The notes: generated by a model from the letters alone, not told the origin. Positions 44,208 to 59,653 are shown, counted from the stretch's first letter. The stretch: DNA of 64,000 nt from Eledone cirrhosa (GCA_964016885.1 OZ024751.1:30194001-30258000); one strand, 5' to 3'. Translations and numbers: made by a program.

Positions 44208-45430
44208 TTACATGAAGAAAACGAAGTTAAGCTGTCTATGAAATTATAAACCACGTTGAGAAGGATGCATCACAGTAGAGATGCAAGCAAGCAGACCATC
44301 GTTTATTCTATAATAAATAAAGTCGAAGACTTCTGCAATATGTCTGGCACAGCTCCTATCACTATATAGTACTAAAAGCCAGAAGGAAGGTGTAACCGAT
44401 TTTTTTTTCTGTGCGCTCATGTGTGTATGTATGTGTGTGTATGTGTGTCTATGTGTATGTGTGTATGTGTGTATGTGTGTGTTTGTGTGTATATGTGTGT
44501 GTGTCTGTGTGTATATGTGTGTATGTGTGTGTGTGTTTGTGTGCGTGCGTGTTTGTGTATGTGTGTGAGCTTGTGTATGTGTGTGAGTGTGCGTGTATTT
44601 GTGCATGTGCGTCTATCTGTGTATGCGTATGTGTATGTGTGAGTGCTTGTGTGTATGTGTGTATGTGTGTGTTTGTGTGTGTGTGTGTATATATATGTGT
44701 GTGTGTATATGTGTGTGTGTTTGTGTTTGTGCGTGTTTGTGTATGTGTGTGTGCCTGTGTTGTGTTTGTGCATGTGTGTGTATCTGTGTATGCGTATGTG
44801 TATGTGTGAGTGCTTGTATGTGTCTGTGTGTGTGTGCATCTATGCGTGTGTGTGTGTCTGTGTGTATGTATGTATATGTGTGTATATGTGTGTCTGTGCG
44901 TGTGTGTGTTTGTGCATGTGTGTGTATGTGTGTGTGCTTGTGTGTGTATGTATATATGTGTGTGTATTCGTGTCTATGTGTGTGTATGCGTGTCTATGTG
45001 TGTGTGTTGTTCTTTTTTGTGTCTGTAGAAAGAACAACTGACTCTATAGGAGGAGCCAGGAGCTACAATACGTGGGTTGTTTTGGGGTGGAAATAAAAAA
45101 AAAAACGTATTTCTGTATTGAAATACGAGTTGATCATCAATGACCTTGAGAAAGAAAAGTAATATATAGAATAACAAGTTTACCCCTTCACCACCCTCAT
45201 GTCTCAGGCCAGTCGCCAAGATTTAGTGCCCGGGTGTGAAGCAGGAGCGGGGGGGGGGAGTAAATTTCAGCACATTCCGGTTGAGCATTCTTCCGGAAGG
45301 AACCTATTTCAGGACATTTTTTGTTATAAACTCTATTTTCTAAATCTGATGGTGCACCATTGAAAAGTAAGAGAAGAAGGAACCACTTTTTTCCGTCTTC
45401 AGGGCTATTTTATTATTTGTAGTTAACAAG

Positions 45431-45613
45431 GGCGGTGGATTGGCAGTATCGGTAGAGTCGGACACCATGCTTTGCAGCATAGAGTTGTGGCCATTTACGG
45501 TCTGGGTTCAAATCCCGCGGAGGTTAACTTTGCCTTTCATCTTTACGGGGTCGATAAAATAAAGTACCAGTAATGTACTGGTGATTACTGGCCTTGTGCC
45601 AAATGTAGAAATC
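45431..45613 (+). mobile_element. Same SINE family
   Basis: Full-length copy. Confidence 0.85.
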
Positions 45614-45819
45614 ATTATTTATAGAGATCGATGGCTATTACTGTTATATTCTGCGTTTGGGATTCCCACATATTCAAATGTCAAATCCCGCAGCGCTTCG
45701 ATAATTCATAATGTTTAAATAAAAGAATTTTTTTTTTCTTAATCTAATTTTAAATTCACATTTATTTAATGAATGCTCCTCTTTAGCACACTTAAATGTG
45801 TGTGTATGTGTGTGTATGA

Positions 45820-45877
<58 letters not shown>

Positions 45878-46005
45878 ATATTCATATTGCATTTATACGC
45901 ATACACACATACATATATGAGTAGACATATATTTGCTTATATAGGTAAACACACACATACCCACAAAAGCACATGTACGTATGAGTATGGTATACACACA
46001 CACTC

Positions 46006-46079
<74 letters not shown>

Positions 46080-46142
46080 CAAGATAAACGAGACAAACAC
46101 AGGATGTAAAAAGAGCAGTCTGAGCTTCTTGTTTATATATGT

Positions 46143-46186
<44 letters not shown>

Positions 46187-46653
46187 ACGTGTGTACATAC
46201 GTACATACATACATACATGCATACATACATACATACATACATGTATACATACATACATACATCAATACATCAATACATACATACATACATGCATACATAC
46301 ATATAAAGCGATGTCTGTATCTACCATCCATTGATAAAGCTTTAAAGTGGAAGTGAAAGGACTGAAATACATCTATGGCACTATGACATGTTTATATCTT
46401 CATTGCTACAGTCTACCAGCGTCTATCTATGTCTTCATTCATTCTGTCTATTCTAAGTAACAGACCATTTTTTCATTCTGGATTTAAAGACTCAAATTTC
46501 TAGCACATACATGCATAGCATGGTCCGTAGCTCCCGAGGGAACATAAGGACGCTGTATATATATATACGGCATTTCTAGGGTATTTTTTAAACTTGGTAG
46601 AGCTCATCTCCTTTCCAGGTCTGAATACACCAGATTTCTTCCAGAGAAGGGTG

Positions 46654-46674
<21 letters not shown>

Positions 46675-46684
<10 letters not shown>

Positions 46685-47030
46685 GAAAAAGTGGAGAATA
46701 ACATGGTCAACAGTACAAAAAAGGGGATTTATTTACAGTCTAACAATTGTTTCACTGATAAAGATGTCTAAAAAATTGCTGAACACTAGAAGCAATGCCA
46801 CTCAATTTTAAATACGATGTTGGCTCGATCAGATCTTCAGAAACTGTTCAACTGTTCAACAGTTTCCGAAGATCTGATCGAGCCAACATCGTATTTAAAA
46901 TTGAGTGGCATTGCTTCTAGTGTTCAGCAATTTTTTAGACATCTTTATCAGTGAAACAATTGTTAGACTGTAAATAAATCCCCTTTTTTGTACTGTTGAC
47001 CATGTTATTCTCCACTTTTTCAATTTTATA
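46675..47030. repeat. About 355-bp near-perfect palindrome flanked by (TA)n
   Basis: Arms are reverse complements around a short centre at about 46850. Confidence 0.92.
46735..46847 (-). ncRNA. Type I hammerhead with a large stem II insert
   Basis: ACAGTTT-CTGAAGA-T CTGAT...(about 70 nt)...ATCAG T-GAAA-CAATTG-TT-AGACTGT, then AATAAA; the mirror copy on plus has CCGAAGA. Confidence 0.65.
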
Positions 47031-47209
47031 TATATATATATATACACACATAAGTTTATCCCGGGTTCAATCGGGGATAACCACAGTAAGTAAGGTATTC
47101 AATACATAAGTAGAGTATATACAAATTTAATATAGAAATGGCTTCTACAGGAATAGAACTGTTTCCTTCGAATGAAACAGTTTTAATCCTGTAGAAGCCA
47201 TTTCTATAT

Positions 47210-47296
<87 letters not shown>

Positions 47297-48038
47297 AGAG
47301 AAAGAGGGAGAGAGAGGTGAGAAAGTGGAAAATTCGGCCCCAATACTTGGTAATACTACTATTTTATGGACATCGAATGGATGAAAGGTAAAGTTAACCC
47401 GGGTGGAGAATTGAAACGAATACTGCAAAACATTCTATCCGACGTTCTATATATAGACTTACATACATAAAACGAAATATTGTCAGATCCTTCTTAACCT
47501 TCACCTTATTTAACTTGTAAATATTTCAAAAATGAAAGGGCCCAATTATTAGGTCACACCAATGAAACAGTTTCCATCAGTCTTTCTGATGTTGATAATA
47601 TCTGCAGTCTGCAATTCCAGTTAAAAGGTACTGAGCCGGACCAGATATATGAAATGATTTGAGGTAGATTTGGCTGTTACCTCTAGCATGTGGGAGTTAC
47701 CTCTAGCATGTGGGAGTGAGATTGTTAAATGTTCCCTCGTTGACTCATGGAAGAACCTGTTGCAGGGCCAATAATCTGGTTATATAAATACTTCTTATAA
47801 TGTTCGACAACCGTTTATGGAGAAATTCTTCACAACAATTCTCTCCCTCTTTCTCCCCATTCCCTCTCTCTCCCTCGCCCCCACTCTCCATATCTCTCTC
47901 CCCCTCCCCCTCTCTCTCTCTCCTTATCTATTTATTTCCCTCTATCTATCGATTGATCTGTTGGCCCCTCTCTATTTCCCTCTAGCACTCTCTATCTCTA
48001 TCTCTAACTATTTCTCTCTCTCACTCTCCTTCTCTCTT

Positions 48039-48125
<87 letters not shown>

Positions 48126-48366
48126 TATATATATATCCGGTCTCACTGTCTCTGTTTCACTCTATTACGGAAGAAGAGAGCCCCACCCCACATAACAACA
48201 GCAGCAACAGCAAAAATCAAAAATATACAAAACCAAATTAAAAAAAATACAAGAAATAGATAATAAAACTCTTTCTTAGTCAGGAGTGGGGGGGGGGGGT
48301 GACGGTAAAGGTGAAGGGAACAGTAGGTGTGGAGGTGTGTAATATTCTAAGGGGTTCCATTCTTAC

Positions 48367-48447
48367 CTGTCTGGATGTTATCATAGATGTATATACACAC
48401 ACCACATAAAAGGTAAGATGAATGGAATATTCAACAAAATCAGGGAA
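48367..48447 (-). other. 81-nt exon candidate ([27 protein letters not shown])
   Basis: ctcttatttcaacctag acceptor, GTAAGA donor, open in phase 0-0. Confidence 0.25.
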
Positions 48448-48469
48448 CTAGGTTGAAATAAGAGATGCT

Positions 48470-48525
<56 letters not shown>

Positions 48526-48601
48526 GTATATATATACTCACACAGACACAGACATACACATACATATACAAATATGTATATATATGTATGTGTATAAAAA
48601 T

Positions 48602-48680
<79 letters not shown>

Positions 48681-48690
48681 TAACAGATTA

Positions 48691-48743
48691 AAGTTTAAGC
48701 AAAGAAACGCTGCTTTCACCCTTAACGGGATCTTCTGAAACTT
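48691..48743 (-). ncRNA. Degenerate hammerhead (core CAGAAGA)
   Basis: AAGTTT-CAGAAGA-T CCC gttaa GGG T-GAAA-GCA...TGC-TT-AAACTT; truncated second copy near 44100-44148. Confidence 0.55.
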
Positions 48744-48744
48744 A

Positions 48745-48829
<85 letters not shown>

Positions 48830-48888
48830 AATGTGGTGGTGGCGATTAAATATTCCACCCCTATTTAATCGCCACCACTACATTTATA

Positions 48889-48946
<58 letters not shown>

Positions 48947-48959
48947 AATGTGCTATATG

Positions 48960-49047
<88 letters not shown>

Positions 49048-49233
49048 AACCAGTAAGACCCCCGACAGCTGAGCTCAAGCCGTCTCGACGGCTAATTCAT
49101 GGGAATTAGCCGTCGAAACGGCTTGAGCTCAGCTGTCGGGGTCTTACTGGTTCCTATTACCCACTCTACTACCTCAAGTATTGAGTACTTTGGTGCGTTA
49201 TGGTCCACCTGGTTCCTTACCACATTTCCTTCG

Positions 49234-49266
<33 letters not shown>

Positions 49267-49566
49267 TATTTATATACTTTATATACATGTATATAAATAT
49301 AATCATATAAATATTTTATAATGATGCATACCTAGATGCATACAGAGGAAGAGGATGTGTGGGAGAGAGAAATAGAGACGGGGTAGGAGAGATAGGTAGA
49401 AAGACAAGAGTTAGAATAACGATGTTTGGTTTAAAAATAGATCTAGCAAGCCACAAGGTAATTTTGCTGCATGGGAAGGATGCATAGCATACACATATAG
49501 ACTTACATACACACTCATATACACACACATATATAAATATACATACACACATACACACACATACAT

Positions 49567-49662
<96 letters not shown>

Positions 49663-49882
49663 GCATACACATACACACACACACTCATATACAACTATAA
49701 ATACATATACAGACACTAACATCTCCCCCTAACACATATACACATATATTAGTTGGTCAAGTATGAAATTTGTAGAAATTTGTAGAAAAAAAAAACAAAT
49801 CTCTACAAATTTCATACTTGACGACACAAGTACATTTAAATAAACATGTATATACATAAATGCATGCACACACATTCACACA

Positions 49883-49942
<60 letters not shown>

Positions 49943-50320
49943 TACATACACAAGGCTTTTAGAGAGGAATTTCGAGGAATTTTCGAGAGATATGGTTGAC
50001 TATAAAGGTACTCCCGGTGCGGAATGAGGGGGAGGGGGGTTAAAATATAAATGGTAGCCTCAAATATATACAAACACTTTCTGAGATCGATCCCATGAAA
50101 TACTTCGACCCGAGTACACCTCTGCAGCTTGCTCTCATCACTGGATTACTCATCATTGAAACTGACGGATACCCATGCACATCTACTACATGCATGTGTA
50201 CGTAGCAGTGTGTGTGTGTGTCGGACTGTGGAACTAATTCCCCAGCGAAACACGTGTATTCGTCCATCGAACTAAGTTCTCTGCCAAATTTGGATATATA
50301 TTTCGTTACGAAATTCCCTA

Positions 50321-50461
<141 letters not shown>

Positions 50462-50969
50462 AAATAGTCGTCGAAACGGCTTGAGCTCTGCCGTCGGGTT
50501 CATACATTTTCCTATTACCCACTCTACTACCCTAAGTATTGAGTACCACAACTCCTTCGTTATATATATATATATATATATGTGTGTACATGTGTGTGTG
50601 CGTGTGTGTATGTGTGTAAATATATATATATATATATATATATCAGTGTACTTGTATATATGTGTAGGTGTACTCTATATTTATAAAGATGTGTGTGTGT
50701 GTGTGTGTGCCTGTGTACGTATGTGTGTGTAGATATGTGTGGGTGTACAGTATATATACATACATGTGTATGTACGTGTGTGTATGTGTGTGTTTGGATA
50801 ACGAGAGATAGTGATATATGATATAATTGGTTTAAAAGAGAAACCTTAAGGAAATGAGGTTCTTACTAAAATATGCAGCTTTATTTTTAGCAAGAACAAT
50901 GTATGTATATATATATATAGAGAGAGAGAGATATATAGATATATATATATAAGAATTAAAATACTATAG

Positions 50970-51023
50970 CTTTACTTGCCCTGATGAGTCCTTAATAGGA
51001 CGAAACATTGTTGGCTAATAAAG
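50970..51023 (+). ncRNA. Minimal type I hammerhead ribozyme
   Basis: GCC-CTGATGA-GTCC ttaata GGAC-GAAA-CATTG-TT-GGC; stem I extends CTTTA/TAAAG; AATAAA overlaps the 3' strand; sits between (TA)n tracts. Confidence 0.8.
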
Positions 51024-51057
51024 ACTTTTGGTTTATTTTCATTATTGGTTTATTTTC

Positions 51058-51105
<48 letters not shown>

Positions 51106-51335
51106 TATGGTAAGCTGAATATGCACTGATGTTCTTTTTTCTTCTCAAAACTTTTTCGTTCCTTCCGCTTCTCACTCTTTATCCTTCTATTTCACCTTTT
51201 ATTTTTATTTCTCATCCTATTCTCTGATGAAGGACTAGTGTCCAAAACTTTAAGACACTTTTCCTATTATTTCAAGTGTTAAACTAATATATTTCTTCAT
51301 TGTACTGTGTCGTTTGCTTTTTTATTACCGTTTTC

Positions 51336-51446
<111 letters not shown>

Positions 51447-52289
51447 TTATATGTATAGACATATATATTTATATGTATAGACATATATATTTATATGTAT
51501 AGACATATATATTTATATGTATAGACATATATATTTATATTTATATATATATATTTAGAGAGAGAGGGGGGTAATAGAGAGGAGAGAGAGGGAGAAGGGG
51601 TAAGAGAGAGGAGAGTGAGAGATAGTCTGCTAGTCTTGGTAAAATCGTTTCTGCAGACATATCAAATGATTCTATTTTGCAGTTTTGTTTTGTTATTGTT
51701 GTTGTGTTTTTTTTGTTGTATCTTTTCTTGGGGTGGGGTGTTGGCGGAGGGTTCTTAATGTGCCTCTTTTGCTGTTTTGATATCTTGCTACTGTGTCTCA
51801 GATGAATTTTATTTAGAAATACTATGTTCCTTCTTCTTCCTTTTATTTTTTGTTTGGCTGGGGTGTTTCCATGTAAAGATATTTAATACATGTTAAATTC
51901 AAGAATGTAATGTTATCGAACACACACACACTCATACACACGCACACACATACACACACATATACACACATACACATACACAATCCCACACACACACACA
52001 AAAACACATACACATACACCCACCCACCCCCCACCCCACACACACACAAACACACAGACACAGACTAGCTTGGACTCCACAGTATCCCTATACCTCTTTA
52101 CCATTTACTAGACATCATATCATAGACATTACCAGGGAGGCTTAACAAGGAGATTCCTCTATAATTACAGCAATCTCTATTGTCGCCCTTTTTATAAATT
52201 GGGATTATCACTCCCGATTACCATTCCTTTAGTGCCATTCCAGAGATCCTGGCCACCCGGCTCACACCTGTCAGTCAGGACAGATCTTA

Positions 52290-52535
52290 TCTATTGAAGG
52301 CTCCGATACGGTGGACATGTATGTGGAATGTCTAAGGAATGAATTGCTGAACCGACAGGAGACCCAGAGGTAGACCACAAGAAAGATAGCTTGATAACAT
52401 CCATGAGCCCAGTTGATCTCGCTTAGGGATCCCAGTGGATCTGCTGGAGACGGGTAGACGGTTGCTTCAGATAGGACGATAGGACCTTCTAGAAGGCGTG
52501 CTTCATAACTCTGTTCCTACGCAGGTATAAAGTGG
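52290..52535 (+). mobile_element. Degenerate RTE 3' fragment with (GAA)n tail
   Basis: LRYGGHV and RPRGRP-like motifs, similar to 29440-29790. Confidence 0.6.
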
Positions 52536-52558
52536 AAGAAGAAGAAGAAGAAGAAGAA

Positions 52559-52605
<47 letters not shown>

Positions 52606-52616
52606 AGAAGAAGAAG

Positions 52617-52701
<85 letters not shown>

Positions 52702-52713
52702 GCAACAACAACA

Positions 52714-52781
<68 letters not shown>

Positions 52782-52934
52782 AAGATATACACTACGTCAA
52801 CATAAAAGAGTTAAAACCTAAATACCAGAGATAGAAAATAGAAAATACTTAGTTATAAAGCCATAATAACGTCTACACGTGAACACTCTGTCAACTACAA
52901 CCCAAGATCAGCCACCAAAGCTCTCCATATCTAA

Positions 52935-53003
<69 letters not shown>

Positions 53004-53129
53004 ATATATAAGTGGAAGTGGGTTAAATTTCTTTCCCGTATACTTATTTATTAGTGTGTTATTTCTACACTCAACGATAACGTGTATACTTTGTCTGTTT
53101 ATTGGTGGAAACACAAACATATATTTGGT

Positions 53130-53226
<97 letters not shown>

Positions 53227-53453
53227 CATATGTGTCTGTCTGTTTGTGATAGAGAGTGTAAATCTTTCACTTATATTCTAACTATAAAGAGGAGACAGAT
53301 GGAAAATTATGTTTGTTTATGTAGAGAACTAACAAATGTTTCACAGCTTATTTTTGTATTTCCGTCTGTGTAAGTTAAATTTGGCTAAATTCCATTCAGA
53401 ACGACAAACGGCTCTTAGGTATTTTTGGAGGTTACGCCGCACACAGACACATA

Positions 53454-53616
<163 letters not shown>

Positions 53617-53642
53617 TAACTAGCCGAAACCGTCGAGCTCAC

Positions 53643-53682
<40 letters not shown>

Positions 53683-55370
53683 CATATATTCTTGAATTTC
53701 TTCTCTAGTTAGCGAACACGGGAGTTTAGAGATAAGATGAAAGCAAGCCGAGACCACTGCTTCTGTTTCAATTCATATTTAGAAAAGTTATTCACTATTT
53801 TATTGATGAAAGTCTTCAATGTTATATCATCTAGGATTTATTTTCTAGGATCCATTGCTGATACTATCTGTCGGTTATAACTCCTGATAGGAGGCGGAAT
53901 TTGAACGCAACTTGCACATACAATACAAAGTATCCTGTCAGATAAGCCCTGATTGAATAGTAGTCAAATATAGTCCAGTCCTCGCCGTGCATCTTTTTTC
54001 TCAAGCACTGTCCATCCAGAACCACAAAATCCAATCCAACGAGTGGTGATTTGAGAGAGATTTGGCTTGCTGCTATTTCTAGTAGGTCAAGTGACCACGT
54101 GGAAGCCTCAACAATAATTGGCTTGTAAAATGGCCTAGTAAATATAGAAGTTGTTCGACTAATAGCTAGTGGGTGTTAAGTTAAAACATTAAAAAGTCCT
54201 GCAAGTGTTTCGTTGAAACTAAACCCGTCTAGGGTCACTTAAACATTTCCAGATCACCAGAGAATGTCATGTCACTATGACTGACGCCATTAAACCGGAT
54301 GTAATACTCAGTACTAAACACCGTCGCAGAACAAAGGAGTGATTTTATTTCTTACAAACTCTTATTCCAATATATTACGGCTAAAATCCTGAGTTCAAAT
54401 CCCGCCGAGGTTAACTTTGCCTTTCATCCTTACGGGGTCGATAAAATAAAGTACCAGTAATACACTGGATTAATTGCTGACCTTATGTCAAAAGTAGAAA
54501 CAAATATATTACGGTTAAAATAGTTCTAGTTAGTCATACAAACACAACTGCTCAGCAGCAGATTTCAGAAACGTTTTTCATTTTCTTTCTTTTTTTTCTC
54601 TCCTGTACCTAACGATCCTTGATAATTAGTAACAATAATGAAATATCGCTGCCACATCTGTTAAATTGAAGCTTTCACGAATAGCTTCAGAGATGCCAAC
54701 ACTGCTATAGAATTACCATTCTATGTTAAAGGTTATCTAAGATAGATAAAGAGGGAAGGGTTAGTATCTATGATGTGGTTATCGTCAATAATGTATTGGT
54801 ATACATTTTAGTATTGAAAACACTTTCGATATCAATCCGACCAAAATCGACTCTAGTTCTATAAAACAAAACTACTAACTTTAAAGGGTTCCTATTTATA
54901 TCAAAATTTTCCAACATAATTTTATATTAGAACGATATGTTAAGAAATCATCTTAGTAAAGAAATAATTGATAATTTCCATACATCCCACAAAGGTCTTA
55001 ATTAATTAATTAATTAAAATGGAATGTATTTCATTAGTAATATGGTTACGAAAAGGTTAAGAACCGTATATAAAGTTACTAATTTTAAAATTGTAAATTT
55101 TTCGAAATTTTTAATTAATTAATTGTTTCTACTTTTGGCACAAGGCCAGCAATTACCCAGTGCATTACTGGTACTTTATATCTTTTAAATTTTTAATTAA
55201 TTAATGAATTGAAATAGAGTGTGTTTCATTAGAAATGCAATCGCGAAAGGGTTAAGACACCATTCCATCCAATTATTTTGCTTAGAACCATGTTGCGGGA
55301 CTGTTATCTTTGTTGCAAGACTTTTGCTACTGATGTGAGACAGTTGTTATACTGCGATGGTTTCGTCTCA

Positions 55371-55908
55371 GTTGTAGAGCTCCCGTGTCTACCTATTGTG
55401 AAGCTAACACATTTATTGTGAAGCTAACACTATTATTGTAGAGCCCACTTGTCTATTGTGAAGCCAACACATCTGTTGTAGAGCCCCCGTGTCTATTGTG
55501 AGGATAACACATCTGTTGCAGAGCTGCTATGTCTATTGTGAAGCTGTCACATCTGTTGTATAGCTGCTATGTCTATTGTGAGGCTAACACATCTGTAGAG
55601 GAACTGCTATGTCTATTGTGAGGTTAACACATCTGTTGTAGAGCTGCTCTGTCTATTGTGAGGTTAACACATCTGTTGTATAGCTGCTATGTCTATTGTG
55701 AGGTTAACAGATCTGTTGTAGAGCTGCTATGTCTATTGTGAGGTTCACACATCTGTTGTAGAGCTGCTCTGTCTATTGTGAGGTTAACACATCTGTAGAG
55801 GAGCTGCTATGTCTATTGTGAGGTTAACACATCTGTTGTTGAGCCACCGTGTCTATTGTGGGGCCAACACATCTGTTTTAGTGCTGATATGTCTATTGTG
55901 AGGTTAAC
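55371..55908. repeat. 40-bp minisatellite, about 13 copies
   Basis: GTCTATTGTGAGGTTAACACATCTGTTGTAGAGCTGCTAT at 40-nt period. Confidence 0.95.
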
Positions 55909-56024
55909 GCAGTAAGGGGATAGAAAAACAGACAAAAAGAAAGAAAGATAGATAGAAAGAAAGAACAGGATTACAATGAGAAAAACAGTGAACAAGTGGG
56001 AGAAAAACTGACAGACAGATAGCC

Positions 56025-56107
<83 letters not shown>

Positions 56108-56200
56108 TACACACCCATGAAAGTAATAAAAAAAAACACGAAGAACAAATTAAACGAATGTTTAATTCTTGGCTCAAGTTAAAGCTTTTTGACGCTGCTG

Positions 56201-56232
<32 letters not shown>

Positions 56233-56546
56233 GGTGGTGGTGGTGGGGGTGGTGTCTTTCTTCCCCTAACTCTAATGTTTTGGCATGAACATAGATAAGA
56301 TATTTCTTGTATTACGTCAATGGACCAGGAGCCAGACCAATTCTTTCTCTTTGGTTCCATGTCAGATTTTAGTAAGCAACAGGTCAACGTAACGTAACCC
56401 TCGTTTTAAAGAGCTGAAAAACTTTGGATACATTCCTGGATGACTGTGTCTGTGTGGGTACATATATATATGTGTGTGTGTGTGTGTATATGCATGTATG
56501 TATGTATATATATATATATTGTTATATATATATATATATATATTGT

Positions 56547-56577
<31 letters not shown>

Positions 56578-56760
56578 ATGTGTGTGTGTGTATGTTCGTG
56601 TGTGTGTGTTTCTGGGTGTATATATGTATACAGTCAGAATCATAAATACATAAAAATGTATATACATACACACGCGCACGCACAGACGCACACACACACA
56701 CACATACACACACATACATACACACACACATATATATACATATATATATATATATCCATT

Positions 56761-57056
56761 TCTATATCTCAACAATGAACCATATTACATCGTTACGCCC
56801 ATGCTGGAGCTAACACCAACCACCAGTTCTATAACTAAACACTGAAACATATCACGCCGTTGCGCCCATTCTGGAGCAAAGACAACCACCCAGTTCTATA
56901 ACTAAACACTGAACCATGTCACGCCGTTACGCCCATTCTGGAGCAAATACAACCACCCAGTTCTATAACTAAACACTGAACCATGTCACGCCGTTACGCC
57001 CATTCTGGAGCTACGACAACCACCAAGTTTTATATCTCAACACTGAACCAAGTCAC
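56761..57056. repeat. 67-bp tandem repeat, about 4.4 copies
   Basis: TGAACC/TGAAAC recurs at 56776, 56843, 56910, 56977 and 57044. Confidence 0.92.
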
Positions 57057-57167
57057 CTTTTCACGATATTCCAGGTGTCTGTTGTCATAAAATGCAAAAT
57101 CTTTGACAGTTTTATCTCCAAGATGTCGCGCAGGTTATCTTAATTCTTTTTTTAAATAAAATATATA

Positions 57168-57377
57168 GGCACAAGGCCAGCAATTTTGGGGCAGGGGAAA
57201 GTCGATGAAATCGACCCCAGTGCGTGACTGGTACTTTATTTTATCGACCCCGTAAGGATGAAAGGCAAAGTTAACCTCGGCGGGATTAACTTTGCCTTTC
57301 ATCTTTATGGGGTCGATAAAATAAAGTACCAGTAATACCCTGAAATAATTGCTGGCCTTGTGCCAAAAGTAGAAACA

Positions 57378-57414
<37 letters not shown>

Positions 57415-57545
57415 GTGTGGTGGATTGGTAGTATCGGTAGAGAGTCGGGCACCATGCTTTGCAGCATAGAGTTACGGCCCTTTACGGTCTGAGTTCAAAT
57501 CCAGCCGAGGTTAGCTTTGCCTTTCATCCTTACGGGGTCGATAAA
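57168..57545. mobile_element. SINE cluster including a head-to-head fold-back of two SINE 3' halves
   Basis: 57168-57285 (-) is joined to 57286-57378 (+), followed by another + copy. Confidence 0.8.
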
Positions 57546-57672
57546 ATAATAATAATAATAATAACAATAATGATTTCTTTATTGGCCACAAGAGCTGACA
57601 TCAAGAAAAATAATAATGAGGACTTTTTGTACTAAAATTCAAGAGAGTTATGTTATCTTATTTTTTTTTTAG

Positions 57673-57821
57673 TGTTATCTGCGTGGTAAAACCTTATCGA
57701 GTAAACATTTGGGATTCGGTCATTGGCAAATATGATAACCTATTAACAACAGAGCCAGCTTTGTGGGGGAATTGCCCTGGAAATGGCGAGATTGCGATAA
57801 AGTTGATTAAGCAGTTTGGTG
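57673..57821 (+). CDS. Orphan coding-exon candidate (VICVVKPYRVNIWDSVIGKYDNLLTTEPALWGNCPGNGEIAIKLIKQFG)
   Basis: poly-T AG acceptor, GTATGT donor, 149 nt open in one frame with protein-like composition; family not recognised. Confidence 0.5.
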
Positions 57822-57998
57822 GTATGTTTTGTATATGTGTATGTGTGAGAGTGTGTGTTAATGTATGTTTGTGTGTGTGAGTGTTTATGTGTTCGCATGC
57901 GTATGTGTGTGTATATGTTTGTCTGTATGTGTGTGTTTTATGTGTATGTATGTGTATTTCTGTGTGTTTGTATGTGTATATGTGTGTATGTGTGTTTG

Positions 57999-58040
<42 letters not shown>

Positions 58041-58319
58041 CAAATAGTTTATCGCTCTACATGGCTGAATACAATAAATGTAATGTGAGTTTTTTTAATA
58101 TTAATAATAATATACATACAAAGAATTATCCATCAACCATAATTTTTGTTCAATGAGTTTACCAAGAGCCTAATAAGTCCCTACCAGTGGTTTCATATGT
58201 AAAAAGCAATTTTTAGTACAATAACGAAAATTGGGAGAGTACAAAATCATTGTTTTTTTACAAATAAAACCATTGATAGGGATTTATTAAAAGTAAGTGT
58301 ATATTTTTTATCTTACTTA

Positions 58320-58379
<60 letters not shown>

Positions 58380-58440
58380 TACTCGACTTCCGCATTATAT
58401 GTTGATTACTTTCGTTTTTATCCACAACTACATACACACA

Positions 58441-58493
<53 letters not shown>

Positions 58494-58555
58494 TACTAGT
58501 ACAATATTTGGCATCTGTAGTACTACACAGAGGAACCATTGTTTCTTGTGATATA

Positions 58556-58652
<97 letters not shown>

Positions 58653-58705
58653 GTATACATATATATATATATATATATATAATTTTATAATTTTCTTATT
58701 TTACG

Positions 58706-58745
<40 letters not shown>

Positions 58746-59347
58746 ATACATACATATACACACATACATATCAATGACGAAAAAATTTATGGCGGCTGTG
58801 CAAAATTTTGACTACAAAAACTTTCGTCTAAAATGAGACTGATAGTTCTGGTAAATCAATAAAAGAACGGTGTCTTATTTAAAATCATCTCCCTTCTATT
58901 TTGGGGATGATTCAGACATTTTTTTATATAATGACGAGTCTGAAAACTCAAGTAAAAGAGAAAGAATCTTGCCTGATCCACCTATTTTGGTTTGGGTGGA
59001 TCTTATAGTCACTGACACGATACAACCATTGTTGTTGGTGTTGTTGCTGTTGCTGTTGTTGTTGTTGGTGGTGGTGGTGGTGATGTGGTGATGTTGTTGT
59101 TGTTAACTCACATCGCACATTGTTATTCTATCTGCAACTTATCTTCAACAACAGTCTCAGTTATGAGAAGGTTTTCGTTATTTTAAACTATTTCTTTTCT
59201 TATCTAACTACCCACCCACCTACCTAACTACCTACCTACCTACCTATCTAACTACCTACCTACCTATCTAACTACCTACCTATATATCTATCTAACTACC
59301 TATATATCTACCTACCTATCTATCTAACTACCTATCTATCTAACTAC

Positions 59348-59441
<94 letters not shown>

Positions 59442-59605
59442 GACACTATCTATCTATATATATATATATATACATACATATATATGTACATACATACATA
59501 TAAATGTACATATATATATACATATATATACATATATATATATATGAACATATTTATATACATATATATATGTATATATGTACATATATATATACATATT
59601 TTTCA

Positions 59606-59653
<48 letters not shown>

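Noticed and set aside
55371-57056. Regularly spaced repeats resembling CRISPR arrays (also 38135-38440)
   Set aside because: Head-to-tail minisatellites without unique spacers; eukaryotic context and no cas genes.
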